Source of the DNA: Methanothermococcus sp. Ax23
GTDB lineage: Archaea > AGJL01 > Methanococci > Methanococcales > Methanococcaceae
Assembly: GCF_049075655.1 (NCBI RefSeq)
Contig: NZ_CP157522.1
Location: 832,001-896,000 of the forward strand
Reading direction: 5' to 3'
DNA length: 64,000 nucleotides
Within the stretch, counting starts at the first letter, position 1; every line of letters starts with the position of its first letter. The notes beneath the pieces are model-generated. The model made no database searches and was not told the DNA's origin. It worked only from the letters and a program-made list of their open reading frames with translations. A program made the translations under genes and the position numbers. Shown one piece after another: positions 42,942 to 54,284 of this stretch.

Positions 42942-43498
42942 ATGCCAAACATATCTGAAATAATTGACGAAATAAAAAAAAAATAGCATTTGGTAAAAAT
43001 AAAGGAGGAGGTAGTGAAGCGGAAGGTCTTGATGATGAATTCATGCTTGATGAAGATGACATGCCTGAATCAGGGGATGAATTAGCTGCTGCAAATGAGG
43101 AACTTCTTGCTAAAATTGGAGAGCTTGAATCAAGATTTCCAAAAATAGAAATGATGATTACAAATCTAAGGAAGGAAAATGAAACTCTAAGAGATAATAT
43201 CAATAAAATAAATGAGAACTTTCAAGACATAATGGCACTCTACGAAGTGGTCTCAAATCAAGTAAATCCATTTATAGGGATTTCAAAAATTACTGCAACC
43301 AGCATGGAAAAAATGGAAAGATTAGAATATGAAGCAAACGCCCTTAGAAAAAAAGTTGATGAGTTACAAAGGGATGTCGTAATTCTTGCGGACATATATC
43401 TAAAACAGCACGATATCGATTTAGATGGTGTCATCAATGATATACTTGCAGAAGAAGAAATCTCCAAAGTAATATCAGGAGAGGATTCAAATGGTTAG
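42942..43498 (+). CDS. flaC: Archaellum accessory protein FlaC, frameshifted in an A10 tract (42974-42983)
   Basis: GGTGA RBS plus ATG 42942 gives MPNISEIIDEIKKK*; one extra A joins it in frame to the ORF containing IMALYEVVSNQVNPF. Confidence 0.8.
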
Positions 43499-44492
43499 TG
43501 AAACAGAATTGTATTCTTCCACAATGGAAGATTATTTAACTGAGGATGAATTGGAGGAATATCTAGAGAATTTAAAAACTAAAATTCCTTCATTTATTGT
43601 TGAGCTGTTAAAAAATAATTTGAAAAACAGAAAATTAACAAAAAACCAATTAGATAGGATAGTGAATAGGGTCACTGACCTTTATTTGGGTAAAAAACCA
43701 GAGGATAAAAAAGCAGAAGAATTAACCGCTAAAATCAATGATTTGAGTAATAAATTGGATGCACTGATGAAAGTTGCGGCAATATCTTCCGCAACAAAGG
43801 TATCTGAGGATATTAAAAGAGAATTATCTAGTTTAGAAGAAGATGAAAAGGTGGAGTCGGATAAACCGGAAGGTTTAGTAGAAATCAATGAAAATGCAGA
43901 CAATGCAGACATAATGGAAGAAGAAAAGGAAGAAAGCGAAGTAATTACAGAAGAGTTGGATGTGGAAGAACACAAACCTGAAGAATTGAAAACCCTGGAG
44001 AAGAAAATCGAGAAAAAAGAGGAAGAACCTATTGTGGATGAAATAGAAACTGAAAATTCAAAAAATGTTCCGATTATTGAAGAGGAGGTCATTGATATGC
44101 CAACCGATTTAACAGGAGTGCATGATAAAAAGTATAATCTTGAAGAATTACCTGAGGATACCCTATCCACTATGTTAGTCTTTAAATGGCTTGAATTTTT
44201 AATAAGTAGAGTTGGATTGAGTAATTTAATTGATATTTTAGATTATTATTATAATTTGGGGTGGATATCTGAAAAGGTAGTTAATAGATTGATAAAAATA
44301 TCAAAAAATATGAAATATCTCAATGAAGAATTCAGGAAGCCCATGGATAAGATGATATCAGAGGACCATATAGTTTCCTTACTTTATATTGAAAAATTAG
44401 CAGGTAGGCCAATACCTGTGGATGAATTAGAAAGTATGGATAGGGAAATAAACAGAATAAGGAAATGGGCAGAAGAATTGCAAAGTATATAA
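43491..44492 (+). CDS. flaD: Archaellum accessory protein FlaD
   Basis: Acidic linker; KWLEFL, LDYYYNLGWIS, DHIVSLLYIEKL. Confidence 0.9.
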   Translation: MVSETELYSSTMEDYLTEDELEEYLENLKTKIPSFIVELLKNNLKNRKLTKNQLDRIVNRVTDLYLGKKPEDKKAEELTAKINDLSNKLDALMKVAAISSATKVSEDIKRELSSLEEDEKVESDKPEGLVEINENADNADIMEEEKEESEVITEELDVEEHKPEELKTLEKKIEKKEEEPIVDEIETENSKNVPIIEEEVIDMPTDLTGVHDKKYNLEELPEDTLSTMLVFKWLEFLISRVGLSNLIDILDYYYNLGWISEKVVNRLIKISKNMKYLNEEFRKPMDKMISEDHIVSLLYIEKLAGRPIPVDELESMDREINRIRKWAEELQSI

Positions 44493-44522
44493 ATTATTAA
44501 GACATTGCAAGGAGGGATTATT

Positions 44523-44927
44523 ATGGATACATCAACATTATCTTCAATACTGTTTGAAGCACATAAACCAGCCAAATTGGAAAAAATTCCAGAAGATCCA
44601 ATGTCAATAATATTCACTTTCAAATGGTTGGAATATTTGTCAGAAAGAGTAGGTTATTCAAATATTGCTAATACATTGGAATTCTATTATAATTTAGGCT
44701 GGTTATCTGATAAGGCAGTATTGGATTTATTAAAATACCTGAAAGGAATCAAACCAGGAGCAGAAATAGACGAACCTTCTGGCAATCTTACAATTGCTGA
44801 CCACCTGGTTTCATTATTATTTATAGAAAGATTAAATGGTAAAAAAATTTCCAGTGAAGTGCTTGATAGGATAGAATGGGAAATAAGGAGAATAAAAAAG
44901 GGGGTTGAACAATACTATGGGGTTTAG
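44523..44927 (+). CDS. flaE: Archaellum accessory protein FlaE
   Basis: KWLEYL, LEFYYNLGWLS, DHLVSLLFIERL. Confidence 0.9.
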   Translation: MDTSTLSSILFEAHKPAKLEKIPEDPMSIIFTFKWLEYLSERVGYSNIANTLEFYYNLGWLSDKAVLDLLKYLKGIKPGAEIDEPSGNLTIADHLVSLLFIERLNGKKISSEVLDRIEWEIRRIKKGVEQYYGV

Positions 44928-45324
44928 TTCAACTGCTGGTTTGATAATTATATTATCAACAGTATTGGTTTGTTCTATATACATATATAGTTCAGTGGAT
45001 TTAAATACTGTTAAGATAAATAACGCATATTCTGAGTATATAAATCATTTAAACAATAAAGCAAATGAAAAATTGACAATAGTATCTGCTGTAAATTCAA
45101 GCGATACCATAAATATAACACTTTTAAATAATGGCTCATTGACTCATGAACCCCATAAATGGACAGTAATGTATAATGGCACACCAAAAAACTTTGAAGT
45201 TAATCCGGATGTGACGTATTTAACTCCACTGAATAATATCACAATTATTATAAATGCCACTGCTCCAGCAAGAATATGTGTGGTTTCGGAGTATGGGAAT
45301 AAGTATTATTGTAATTTAAATTAG
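44917..45324 (+). CDS. flaF: Archaellum accessory protein FlaF
   Basis: MGFSST N-terminal TM, NNGS, operon order. Confidence 0.85.
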   Translation: MGFSSTAGLIIILSTVLVCSIYIYSSVDLNTVKINNAYSEYINHLNNKANEKLTIVSAVNSSDTINITLLNNGSLTHEPHKWTVMYNGTPKNFEVNPDVTYLTPLNNITIIINATAPARICVVSEYGNKYYCNLN

Positions 45325-45406
45325 GTTACTACAAAATTATAAATTATAATAAGAATACTTTTAACCTTTTTATGTTTGTTATTGTTGATTATTATTAGGT
45401 GATTTA

Positions 45407-45859
45407 ATGGCATCCAATGTGTTCTCAGAAATAATTATATTCGTCAGCGTTTTAATAATTGCTGCTGCTGTTTCTGGGATTCTAGCAACCACTACTCATA
45501 AACTATCTCTTGGGATGAATAATAAGGGAGATATACTTTCGTCAAAACTATCTCAGGATTTCGAAATAATTAATGACCCTGGAGATGTCCCAAGGAATCA
45601 GTCAACAGGCATTATTTCCATATATATAAAAAATACTGGAAAAACGCCAATAACATTCAATAAGGGAGTTTTAACAGTTCTCATTGATGGAGAAGTTAAA
45701 TCTATAAATTCCACGGCGATAGTGGATAGTACATCAGAGGTATTAAATCCATCAATGGTTGGTAAAATTGATGTTAATTATAACACAACAGGATACCATA
45801 GAATAAAAGTGGTTTCTGAAAATGGAGTAGCTAGGACATTGAAGGTAGAGATTCAATGA
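45407..45859 (+). CDS. flaG: Archaellum accessory protein FlaG
   Basis: MASNVFSEIIIFV, IINDP, YIKNTG. Confidence 0.9.
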   Translation: MASNVFSEIIIFVSVLIIAAAVSGILATTTHKLSLGMNNKGDILSSKLSQDFEIINDPGDVPRNQSTGIISIYIKNTGKTPITFNKGVLTVLIDGEVKSINSTAIVDSTSEVLNPSMVGKIDVNYNTTGYHRIKVVSENGVARTLKVEIQ

Positions 45860-45880
45860 CGGCATATATCTGGTGATTTT

Positions 45881-46573
45881 ATGAAGCTTGCAAGAATCGA
45901 ACTTAGTAGGGATGATATTCATAAAAGGTTGGGTGGGGGCATCCCATACGGGAGTATAATCCTTATTGAGGGGGAAGAATCTACTGGAAAATCAATAATT
46001 GCTCAAAGATTAGCTTATGGTTTTTTACAAAACGCTCACTCTGTTACGTATATTTCAACACAATTAACAACATTGGAGTTTGTAAAGCAAATGATGTCAT
46101 TAAATTACAATATAAATAAAAAACTTTTGAGCGGAGTTTTACTGTACATTCCAGTATATCCATTAATATCTGATAATCTTCAAAAGGAAGATTTTATAAA
46201 AAAACTTATGGAAACAAGGACATTTTATGAAAAAGATGTTGTAATATATGACACCATATCATCCCTTATAGTAAATGATGCAAGCGATATTAAGGTGAAT
46301 GATTTAATAGCTTTTTTTAAAAGAATAGCAGCTATGAATAAGATTGTAATTTACACCATAAATCCAAAAGAACTACCTGAATCTGTTTTAACATTATTTA
46401 GAACAGCTGCTACAATGGTATTCAAAACTGAAATTTACACATTTGGAGGGAGTGTTAAAAACCTTGTAAGAGTTGAAAAATACAATTTAGCAAGGGGCCC
46501 ATATCAAAAAACCATGGTATTCAGAGTGGAACCTAATTTAGGTATTGCAGTAGAGATATCATCCGTAGCATAA
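45881..46573 (+). CDS. flaH: Archaellum RecA/KaiC-like ATPase FlaH
   Basis: RLGGGIP, GEESTGKS Walker A, FRVEP. Confidence 0.93.
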   Translation: MKLARIELSRDDIHKRLGGGIPYGSIILIEGEESTGKSIIAQRLAYGFLQNAHSVTYISTQLTTLEFVKQMMSLNYNINKKLLSGVLLYIPVYPLISDNLQKEDFIKKLMETRTFYEKDVVIYDTISSLIVNDASDIKVNDLIAFFKRIAAMNKIVIYTINPKELPESVLTLFRTAATMVFKTEIYTFGGSVKNLVRVEKYNLARGPYQKTMVFRVEPNLGIAVEISSVA

Positions 46574-46636
46574 AACGTATGATTGTATGGCTATATAACA
46601 ACAGTAATTTAGTATTATAAATATAAGGTGATAGAA

Positions 46637-48271
46637 ATGGCAGATGAGTTTAAAACCAGTATGGAAAGAAATCCTCATTTGCGTAAGTATGTGGATAACT
46701 TCAAAAAAACCTATTTAAAAATGCCTGAGTTCATGGTGAGCTTATCGAGGGATTTAAAAGAACTTAAATATCCAAATATTCTTTATCCGATTGGTGATCC
46801 ATTATTTATTCATATATTTGGAACCCATGATGTTAAGACAAAGTATATAGTTATAGAGCCGAGGTTGGAAACCCTAGATGAAAAATTAACTTATAAAATG
46901 ATAATGGATAAACTTTTAGAATATGCTCCTTATGCGGATTCTCCTGAAAGTGATGAAGAATTTGGAAAAATACTAACCGACTTATTTAACAAAACAACCA
47001 AGGTCGTCGAGAGTAAAAAAAAGGGCAAAAAATTCTTTAATTTTCTAAATGCTGGAAAAATTGAAATTACAAAACCTGAAAGGGATAAATACTTATATTT
47101 ATTAAAAAGAGATTTGATAGGATTGGGCGTGCTTGAACCTATTAAACGAGACCCTTATATCGAGGATATACACGTAATAGGCTCAAATGGCTGTCAGCTT
47201 GTTCATAAGATATTCGACATGCTCCCTACAAATATTAGGTGGGAAAATGACATCGAACTTTCAAACTATTTAAAAAATATGTGTGAAAGGATAGGACGAC
47301 CAGTTTCTGATGCAAACCCTGTTGTTGATGGTTCCCTTCCAGACGGTTCGAGGATAAATATTATTTATTCAACAGACGTTTCATTGAAAGGTCCTTCATT
47401 CACTATTAGGAAATTTACAGACGTTCCAATAAGTATTACTCAAATTATCAGCTGGGGGACAATGTCTGCTCAAACTGCGGCATATTTATGGCTTTGCTTG
47501 GAATATGGTATGAGTATCTTTATTTGTGGGGAGACTGCATCAGGTAAAACCACAACATTAAATGCCATATTACCATTTATTAAACCAAAATCGAAGGTAT
47601 TTTCTTGTGAGGATACTGCCGAGGTTAAACCACCTCAGCCAGTATGGCAACAGCTGCTGACAAGAGAAAGAGGGCCTGAAGAAAGTAGAGTTACACTGTT
47701 CGATTTATTGAGGGCTGCACTGAGGTCTAGACCTAACTATATTATTGTTGGGGAGATAAGGAGTGTTGAAGGTGCAGTGGCATTCCAAGCAATGCAGACA
47801 GGACACCCGGTATTATCAACATTCCACGCTGCAAATGTTAGGAAAATGATTCAAAGATTGAATGGGGACCCAATTAATATTCCACTAACATTCATGGACA
47901 ACCTCCATGTGGCATTATTTCAGCTCGCAGTATACAGTAGAGGTAAGTTTTTAAGAAGAGTCGTAAGTATTGAAGAAATTGAAGGTTATTATAAAGAAGT
48001 AGATGGAGTAATAACAAGAGGGGTATTTGAATGGGACCCTCAAAATGATAAACACAACTTTACAGGACTTAACAACAGTTATATTCTTGAAGATAAAATT
48101 GCAAAGGTAGCTGGCTACGATGACCCAAGGGAGATATATGATGAATTAAATTTACGGACCAGAATACTTGAAGAAATGATAGCAAGAGGCATGTTTGGAT
48201 ATTATGAGGTTTTAGATGTAATATGGAATTTTTATGAAAAAGGATTGGAGGGGCTCCCATTCCCTATCTGA
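46637..48271 (+). CDS. flaI: Archaellum motor ATPase FlaI
   Basis: GETASGKTT, LRSRPNYIIVGEIR, QTGHPVLSTFHA. Confidence 0.95.
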   Translation: MADEFKTSMERNPHLRKYVDNFKKTYLKMPEFMVSLSRDLKELKYPNILYPIGDPLFIHIFGTHDVKTKYIVIEPRLETLDEKLTYKMIMDKLLEYAPYADSPESDEEFGKILTDLFNKTTKVVESKKKGKKFFNFLNAGKIEITKPERDKYLYLLKRDLIGLGVLEPIKRDPYIEDIHVIGSNGCQLVHKIFDMLPTNIRWENDIELSNYLKNMCERIGRPVSDANPVVDGSLPDGSRINIIYSTDVSLKGPSFTIRKFTDVPISITQIISWGTMSAQTAAYLWLCLEYGMSIFICGETASGKTTTLNAILPFIKPKSKVFSCEDTAEVKPPQPVWQQLLTRERGPEESRVTLFDLLRAALRSRPNYIIVGEIRSVEGAVAFQAMQTGHPVLSTFHAANVRKMIQRLNGDPINIPLTFMDNLHVALFQLAVYSRGKFLRRVVSIEEIEGYYKEVDGVITRGVFEWDPQNDKHNFTGLNNSYILEDKIAKVAGYDDPREIYDELNLRTRILEEMIARGMFGYYEVLDVIWNFYEKGLEGLPFPI

Positions 48272-48289
48272 GGTAATTGAGGTGATTTT

Positions 48290-49969
48290 ATGTTCCTAGA
48301 TATTCTATCCCGTGTGGGATTAAAGCCTAGAGATTATTTATTAAAATATGTCCTGCCTTCAATTATTCTCTCCATCATTTTAGTAGCCGTGGGAATAACT
48401 TATTTTTCAGGATACATACGATTGTTAGTATTGCTTATTCCAGTATTAATTTTGGGCAGTGCCATAGGTTATCCCTATATAGAATTAGATAACCAAAAAA
48501 ACCAGATAAACGAAAAACTCCACATATTTATAACAAAATTCGGTGTCTTATCAATAACTGATTTAGACAGAAAGGAGCTCATGAAAATTCTTGCTAATGA
48601 AAAGGAAGAGCTCGGACAATTAGCCAATGAATCGAAAAAAATATATGTATTAATAAAAAGATGGAATCAATCACTTGCTGAAGCTTGCAGATTCTTAGCA
48701 CATAGAACTCCAAGTAGTGAGTTTTCAGATTTTTTAGATAGGATGGCATATTCAATAGATAGTGGTGAAGAGCTCAAAGATTTCTTAGCAAAGGAGCAGT
48801 CCATAGTTATGAATGATTATGCTGCATTTTATAAGAGGTCATTATATTCATTGGACATGTTTAAAGAAATGTATATTAGTGCAATTACATCTCTTGCATT
48901 TTTTGTAACTTTTGCAGTTATCGCTCCGTTCATAGCACCTTATAATTTTGTGACTACGGTCACTATGGCATTGTTGGGATTTATTATAGCAGAGGTATGT
49001 TTGGTGTATATTATTAAAAGTAAAATGCCCGCAGATAGATTATGGCATACTGGTGAGAAGCCAACTCCTGTGGATTTAAAACTTAGGAAGTATTTGATAA
49101 TCTCAATAATTTTAACCATAATAACTCTGGGCGTTCTTATTTGGGGGAAATATTTTGCAGGAATTCCAAAAATAGCTGCAATTCCATATCAGATAATATT
49201 TGCTGCTGGATTTACACCACTTCTAATCGGCGGATATATCGCTAAAAGAGAGGAGAGTTTGGTTATAAGAAAAGAATATAACTTTCCAGATTTTTTAAGG
49301 TCACTGGGTGATTCAGTCAGTGCAAAAGGCGGAGGTATGGAGGATTCTTTAAAGTATTTGTCATCACATGATTTTGGTCCATTGACAAAGGATTTAGAAC
49401 GACTTTATAAAAGGATATCTATAAGAATCGATAACAATAAAGCATGGAGACTTTTTGGTTTTGAAACATGTAGTTATTTGATACAGTTGTTTTCCGAAAT
49501 GTTTGAAAGATGTACATTTTTGGGGGGAGACCCTGGAAAAGCTTCTGAAATCATAGGAAATAATTTTCGTAAAATAATTAATTTAAGAAAATCAAAATAT
49601 CAAAGTGTTGAACAATTTACTGCTATAATGTATGGATTGGGAGGAGGTCTTGCTCTTGCATTATATACCTCTTATGGAGTAGCACATATGGTAAATAGCT
49701 TATATACTTCTCTTGAAATCCCTGAGGCGATGATTAGCGTTATAAATATTATGGCACCCGGTGATTTATCGATAATATCCTATCTAATGTATGCTTGTCT
49801 GGCAATATATGCTTTAATTTCAGGATATATGATAAAAATAATGGATGGCGGACACCCACAAGTTATGTTGATGCATTTTACAATAATACTCTGGATAGTT
49901 TCTATTGTGTCATATGTCACTGAGCTCATAATAAATAAAGTATTGGGTGTAGGTATCCCATTGTTCTAA
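48290..49969 (+). CDS. flaJ: Archaellum membrane platform FlaJ
   Basis: Multi-TM, T2SS F-like, last gene of the fla operon. Confidence 0.93.
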   Translation: MFLDILSRVGLKPRDYLLKYVLPSIILSIILVAVGITYFSGYIRLLVLLIPVLILGSAIGYPYIELDNQKNQINEKLHIFITKFGVLSITDLDRKELMKILANEKEELGQLANESKKIYVLIKRWNQSLAEACRFLAHRTPSSEFSDFLDRMAYSIDSGEELKDFLAKEQSIVMNDYAAFYKRSLYSLDMFKEMYISAITSLAFFVTFAVIAPFIAPYNFVTTVTMALLGFIIAEVCLVYIIKSKMPADRLWHTGEKPTPVDLKLRKYLIISIILTIITLGVLIWGKYFAGIPKIAAIPYQIIFAAGFTPLLIGGYIAKREESLVIRKEYNFPDFLRSLGDSVSAKGGGMEDSLKYLSSHDFGPLTKDLERLYKRISIRIDNNKAWRLFGFETCSYLIQLFSEMFERCTFLGGDPGKASEIIGNNFRKIINLRKSKYQSVEQFTAIMYGLGGGLALALYTSYGVAHMVNSLYTSLEIPEAMISVINIMAPGDLSIISYLMYACLAIYALISGYMIKIMDGGHPQVMLMHFTIILWIVSIVSYVTELIINKVLGVGIPLF

Positions 49970-49995
49970 TACCTTTTTAGTTTTTTAGTTTGCGT

Positions 49996-50835
49996 TTATT
50001 TTAGAATTGAACCTATAATAAAGCACAAAAGCACCAAATTCATTATGTATTTTATATTTTTTGATGATTTTTTAGCACCCTCTTTTGAAGGAGCTCCCAA
50101 CAATTTAACAATCGAGTATATAAACAGTATATCGCATAAAATTATTCCAAATAAATAAACATCCCCAAAGATTCCCATAATGTATGGCAATGGGCTCAAT
50201 ACAACAGCCGTAATTAAAAAAATACCTGCAACATATAGGGATTTTTTGCCGTATTTTATAGGGAGGGACATCACTCCTTCTTTTAAGTCTCCTTCAATAT
50301 CTTCAAAATCTTTTATTATTTCTCTGCTCCATGTTGCAAACATTGCACATAGGAATAAAATTAATGTAATTCCAATATTATTAACTGAGGCACCACCAAA
50401 TACAAATACTGAGCCAGTGAGGTATGCAACTATTAAATTCCCAATTATTTTGTTTCTTTTGTATTTTTTAGCATACAGATACAATGCAAGTGCGTTAATA
50501 ATTGCTATAACAAAACATACTTTATTGAACATTGAAAGCAATAAGCCGATAGCCACCAACAACCATGAAAATATTTTTGCATTTTTTAAGGATATTTTAT
50601 TTGATGGAAGTGGTCTAAATGGTTTGTTTATTCTATCGATTTCAATATCGTATATATCATTAAGTGCATTTCCAAATCCGCAGATTAAAAACACAACCAA
50701 CGATGCAGTTAAAATATAATGAATCAAATCAAAGTTAAAACCCGAAGCTATTAAACCACCAGCAACAGTTCCAAAAGATGCGGTTAAACAATTTTTTGCC
50801 CTTACTAATTCCATATAATATTTTAAATTTTTCAT
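49996..50835 (-). CDS. UbiA-family prenyltransferase (digeranylgeranylglyceryl phosphate synthase)
   Basis: NDIYDIEIDRINKPFRPLPS, REIIKDFEDIEGD. Confidence 0.88.
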   Translation of the reverse strand: MKNLKYYMELVRAKNCLTASFGTVAGGLIASGFNFDLIHYILTASLVVFLICGFGNALNDIYDIEIDRINKPFRPLPSNKISLKNAKIFSWLLVAIGLLLSMFNKVCFVIAIINALALYLYAKKYKRNKIIGNLIVAYLTGSVFVFGGASVNNIGITLILFLCAMFATWSREIIKDFEDIEGDLKEGVMSLPIKYGKKSLYVAGIFLITAVVLSPLPYIMGIFGDVYLFGIILCDILFIYSIVKLLGAPSKEGAKKSSKNIKYIMNLVLLCFIIGSILK

Positions 50836-50928
50836 ACTACCACAAGTTTATTTAAATAGTTTTGTTTTATTACTAATCATACTAAACTACATAACATTAT
50901 CTTGTTTTATAAATTTTTATGTGATATT

Positions 50929-51759
50929 ATGTTAAACTTTGGAACAGCTGGAATACCAATAAATGTAAAACCAAGAACTACAAAAGGAGCCTTTGATTTT
51001 TTAAAAAAGATAGCCTTAAATGCTATGGAAATAGAATTTGTAAGAGGAGTTAATATAAAAGAGGAAAAAGCAGAGGAGTTAAAAAATTATTCAAATGATA
51101 TAATATTAAGTGTTCACGCCCCATACTATATAAACCTAAATGCAAAGGAGCAGGAAAAGATTGAAAACAGCATTAATAGAATAGTAAATTCGGCAAAGAT
51201 AATAAGCATCTTTGGAAAAAACTCTCAAAAAAATAAAAATGTGGTTTTTCATCCAGGATATTATCTTAAAATGGATAAAAATGAGGTATATAAGACTATG
51301 CTTAAAAACATTGGTAGAATGGTAGAATACTTAAATGAAAATAAAATAAATGCAATGTTGAGACCAGAGACCACTGGAAAGATAAGTCAGTTTGGGAGTA
51401 TTGAGGAGCTCCTATCATTATCAGAAGAACTAAGTATATTGCCGTGTATTGACTTTGCACACATATATGCAAGAAGTTTGGGAAGAATAAACGACTATAA
51501 TTCATTTTATAAGATAATGGAAAATATGGAGAATAAATTGGGAAAAAGAGCAATAAACGACATGCACATCCATATATCTGGAATTGAATTTGGAAAAGGA
51601 GGGGAAAAGAACCATCTGCCATTGGATGCTTCTAATTTTAATTATAAGGAGGTTTTAAAAGTATTGAAGGATTTCAATGCAAAGGGAACTGTTATATGTG
51701 AAAGTCCAAGGATGGAGTATGATGCACTGATTTTAAAGAGAATGTATGGTGAGCTCTAA
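50929..51759 (+). CDS. nfo: Endonuclease IV
   Basis: HAPYYINL, VFHPG, ETTGK, CIDFAH, HIHISG, ICESP. Confidence 0.85.
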   Translation: MLNFGTAGIPINVKPRTTKGAFDFLKKIALNAMEIEFVRGVNIKEEKAEELKNYSNDIILSVHAPYYINLNAKEQEKIENSINRIVNSAKIISIFGKNSQKNKNVVFHPGYYLKMDKNEVYKTMLKNIGRMVEYLNENKINAMLRPETTGKISQFGSIEELLSLSEELSILPCIDFAHIYARSLGRINDYNSFYKIMENMENKLGKRAINDMHIHISGIEFGKGGEKNHLPLDASNFNYKEVLKVLKDFNAKGTVICESPRMEYDALILKRMYGEL

Positions 51760-51791
51760 CTTCACCTGTCAAAAAGTATAAAAATTTTAAT

Positions 51792-53654
51792 TTATTCAAC
51801 TGTGACGCTCTTTGCAAGCCCTCTTGGTTTATCCACATCTCTACCGAGCTCCACAGCTTTATAGTATGCCAACAGCTGACAGGCGGGGGCATAAACAAAA
51901 GGACTTACCTCTTCCATCACATCAGGTATTTTTATTAGGTAGTCAACTATATCAACATTTACAGGAGATATTCCTACAACTTTTCCATTCCGTGCCTTTA
52001 TCTCTTCAATATTTGAGATTACTGAATTAAACAGGTTTGAATTTGATGGAGGAACAAGTGCAACAGTATCCATATTTTCATCGATTAATGATATTGTTCC
52101 GTGTTTCAAAAATCCACTACTCATGCCCTCAGCATGTAAGTATGTAATTTCTTTAAATTTCAGAGCTCCTTCCAATGCATTTGGTAGATTTATCCCCTTC
52201 GATATAAAGAGGTAGTTTTTAGCGGTTAGGTTTTTGGATATATTTTTTATATTCTCCCTTTCATTTTCATTTATAACTTCTTTTATATATTCTGGAATAT
52301 TTTCAAGTTCTTTTCTATATATGCCCATGTCTTTTCCAATTACCTCCCCATACTCAATAAATAATCTATACAATATCATCAATTGAGACATGTAGGTTTT
52401 TGTTGCACAGACCGATATTTCAATACCTGAGCCCATCATAATAGTAATATCTGCCTCCCTTGTTGCTGTGGAACCTAAAACATTTACTATTGTAGCAGTT
52501 TTTGCCCCCTTTTCTTTTGCATATTTTATTGCTTTTATCGTGTCGTATGTTTCACCGCTTTGAGTAATTCCTATTACGAGGGTGTTTTCATCAACTATAC
52601 CTTTTATTAGAAACTCCGATGAATCACAAGGTATTATCAATTTATTTAATTTTGAAAACCAGTATTCTGCAACCATTAAAGCATGAAGTGAAGTCCCCAT
52701 TGCAATGATATATATTTTATCGTGATTATGTAGTGCTTTTGCGAGCTCTTTTATTTCATCATTGCATATTTTGGATGAGTTTTTAATTACCTCCGGCTCC
52801 TCCATAATCTCTTTTAACATAAAATGCTCGTATCCCCCTTTTTCTGCACTTTCAATATCCCATTCTATTATAGTTTTTTCTCTTTTGTCTGTAATGTCTT
52901 CATTGTTGTTGTATATGGTGTAGGATATTACATTATTATTTTTATTTTTAGTTTTATCTTTATCCTTATCGTTATTATTACCTTCTTTTCTTAAAACTAC
53001 CATATCTCCATCTTTCAAAGGTATAATTTCCTTTGTCCATTCTAAAAATGCCGAAATGTCGCTTCCCAAAAAGCATTCATCCTCCTTTACTCCAAGAATA
53101 AGTGGGTTTTCGTTTCTTAATCCAATAAGCAAGTTTGGGAAGTTTTTATTTAATATTAAAAATGCATAAGTGCCGTCCAATTTTTTTATGGCATCTTTAA
53201 TAGCATTTATATAATCTTCTTCTGATGGGCTTTCATATTTTTTTAATTCCTCTTCAATTAAGTGAGGTATTACTTCGGTATCAGTCTGTGATTTAAACAC
53301 ATGCCCTTTTTTTATCAGCATATCCTTTAATTCTTTGTAGTTGGAAATTATTCCGTTATGAACAACACAGATTTCATTTTTACAATCAGAATGAGGATGG
53401 GCGTTTTCTTTTGATACATTCCCATGTGTTGCCCACCTATTATGACTTATAGCGACACATCCATCCACTCCCAAAAAATCCTCCTTCTTAGCAACCTCCT
53501 CCACTTTTCCAATATTCTTTTTTATAATTAAATTATCATTGTCAATTATTCCAATACCACAGCTGTCATATCCCCTATATTCCAATCTTTTTAGTCCTTT
53601 TAATAATATTTCAGACGCCATTCTGTTTCCAATATATCCAATTATGCCGCACAT
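51792..53654 (-). CDS. glmS: Glutamine-fructose-6-phosphate aminotransferase, no intein
   Basis: MCGIIG, RLEYRGYDS, RWATHG, QSGET, PRGLAKSVTVE. Confidence 0.96.
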   Translation of the reverse strand: MCGIIGYIGNRMASEILLKGLKRLEYRGYDSCGIGIIDNDNLIIKKNIGKVEEVAKKEDFLGVDGCVAISHNRWATHGNVSKENAHPHSDCKNEICVVHNGIISNYKELKDMLIKKGHVFKSQTDTEVIPHLIEEELKKYESPSEEDYINAIKDAIKKLDGTYAFLILNKNFPNLLIGLRNENPLILGVKEDECFLGSDISAFLEWTKEIIPLKDGDMVVLRKEGNNNDKDKDKTKNKNNNVISYTIYNNNEDITDKREKTIIEWDIESAEKGGYEHFMLKEIMEEPEVIKNSSKICNDEIKELAKALHNHDKIYIIAMGTSLHALMVAEYWFSKLNKLIIPCDSSEFLIKGIVDENTLVIGITQSGETYDTIKAIKYAKEKGAKTATIVNVLGSTATREADITIMMGSGIEISVCATKTYMSQLMILYRLFIEYGEVIGKDMGIYRKELENIPEYIKEVINENERENIKNISKNLTAKNYLFISKGINLPNALEGALKFKEITYLHAEGMSSGFLKHGTISLIDENMDTVALVPPSNSNLFNSVISNIEEIKARNGKVVGISPVNVDIVDYLIKIPDVMEEVSPFVYAPACQLLAYYKAVELGRDVDKPRGLAKSVTVE

Positions 53655-53765
53655 TTTTACACCATATAATAAAAAATTAAATTAAATAAAAATAACTATA
53701 TTTTTATAATATATTCTTTAAATATTTACATTATTTTTTAGTATTATATAATTTTTGGTGAGATT

Positions 53766-54224
53766 ATGAAAAAAAGGATTACATTAATTGGTAGTAAAAT
53801 AGCAAAAACTGGAAATGAATTTGTTTATTATGGTTTATTAAAAGAATGCGAATCATGTAGATTCAAAAAAATTTGCCATGATGGGATGGTAGTGGGGAAG
53901 AGGTATAAAATTGTTAGTGTGAGGTCAGCAAATCATCCATGTGAGATTCATGAAAGTGGGGTCAAAGTTGTGGAGATAGAGCCTGCAAAGGATATTGTTA
54001 TGTTGGTAGAGTCAAGAAAAGCATTGGATGGTCTTACACTATCCCATAGGGATATACAATGTAATAATATACTCTGTGAGAATTATATGTTATGTCATCC
54101 AGAGGGCGTCTATAATAAATATAAAATATTAAAAGTATTTGATGAAAAGATAAAATGTCCAAAAGGATATTCATTAAAAAAAGTGACGGTATCGCCAATT
54201 GATGATGGCAATCATGAGGAATAG
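53766..54224 (+). CDS. UPF0179 family protein
   Basis: ITLIG..LA-type N-terminus, CxxC..C, HPCEIH. Confidence 0.75.
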   Translation: MKKRITLIGSKIAKTGNEFVYYGLLKECESCRFKKICHDGMVVGKRYKIVSVRSANHPCEIHESGVKVVEIEPAKDIVMLVESRKALDGLTLSHRDIQCNNILCENYMLCHPEGVYNKYKILKVFDEKIKCPKGYSLKKVTVSPIDDGNHEE

Positions 54225-54284
54225 TTCTACATTTATATCCCTTTTTTATCTATTTTCTATTTTCATATCAGTTATAAATCAGAT

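Noticed and set aside
34818-53654. Inteins in nrdD or glmS
   Set aside because: Both proteins have normal length and no intein splice-junction or LAGLIDADG motifs were seen.
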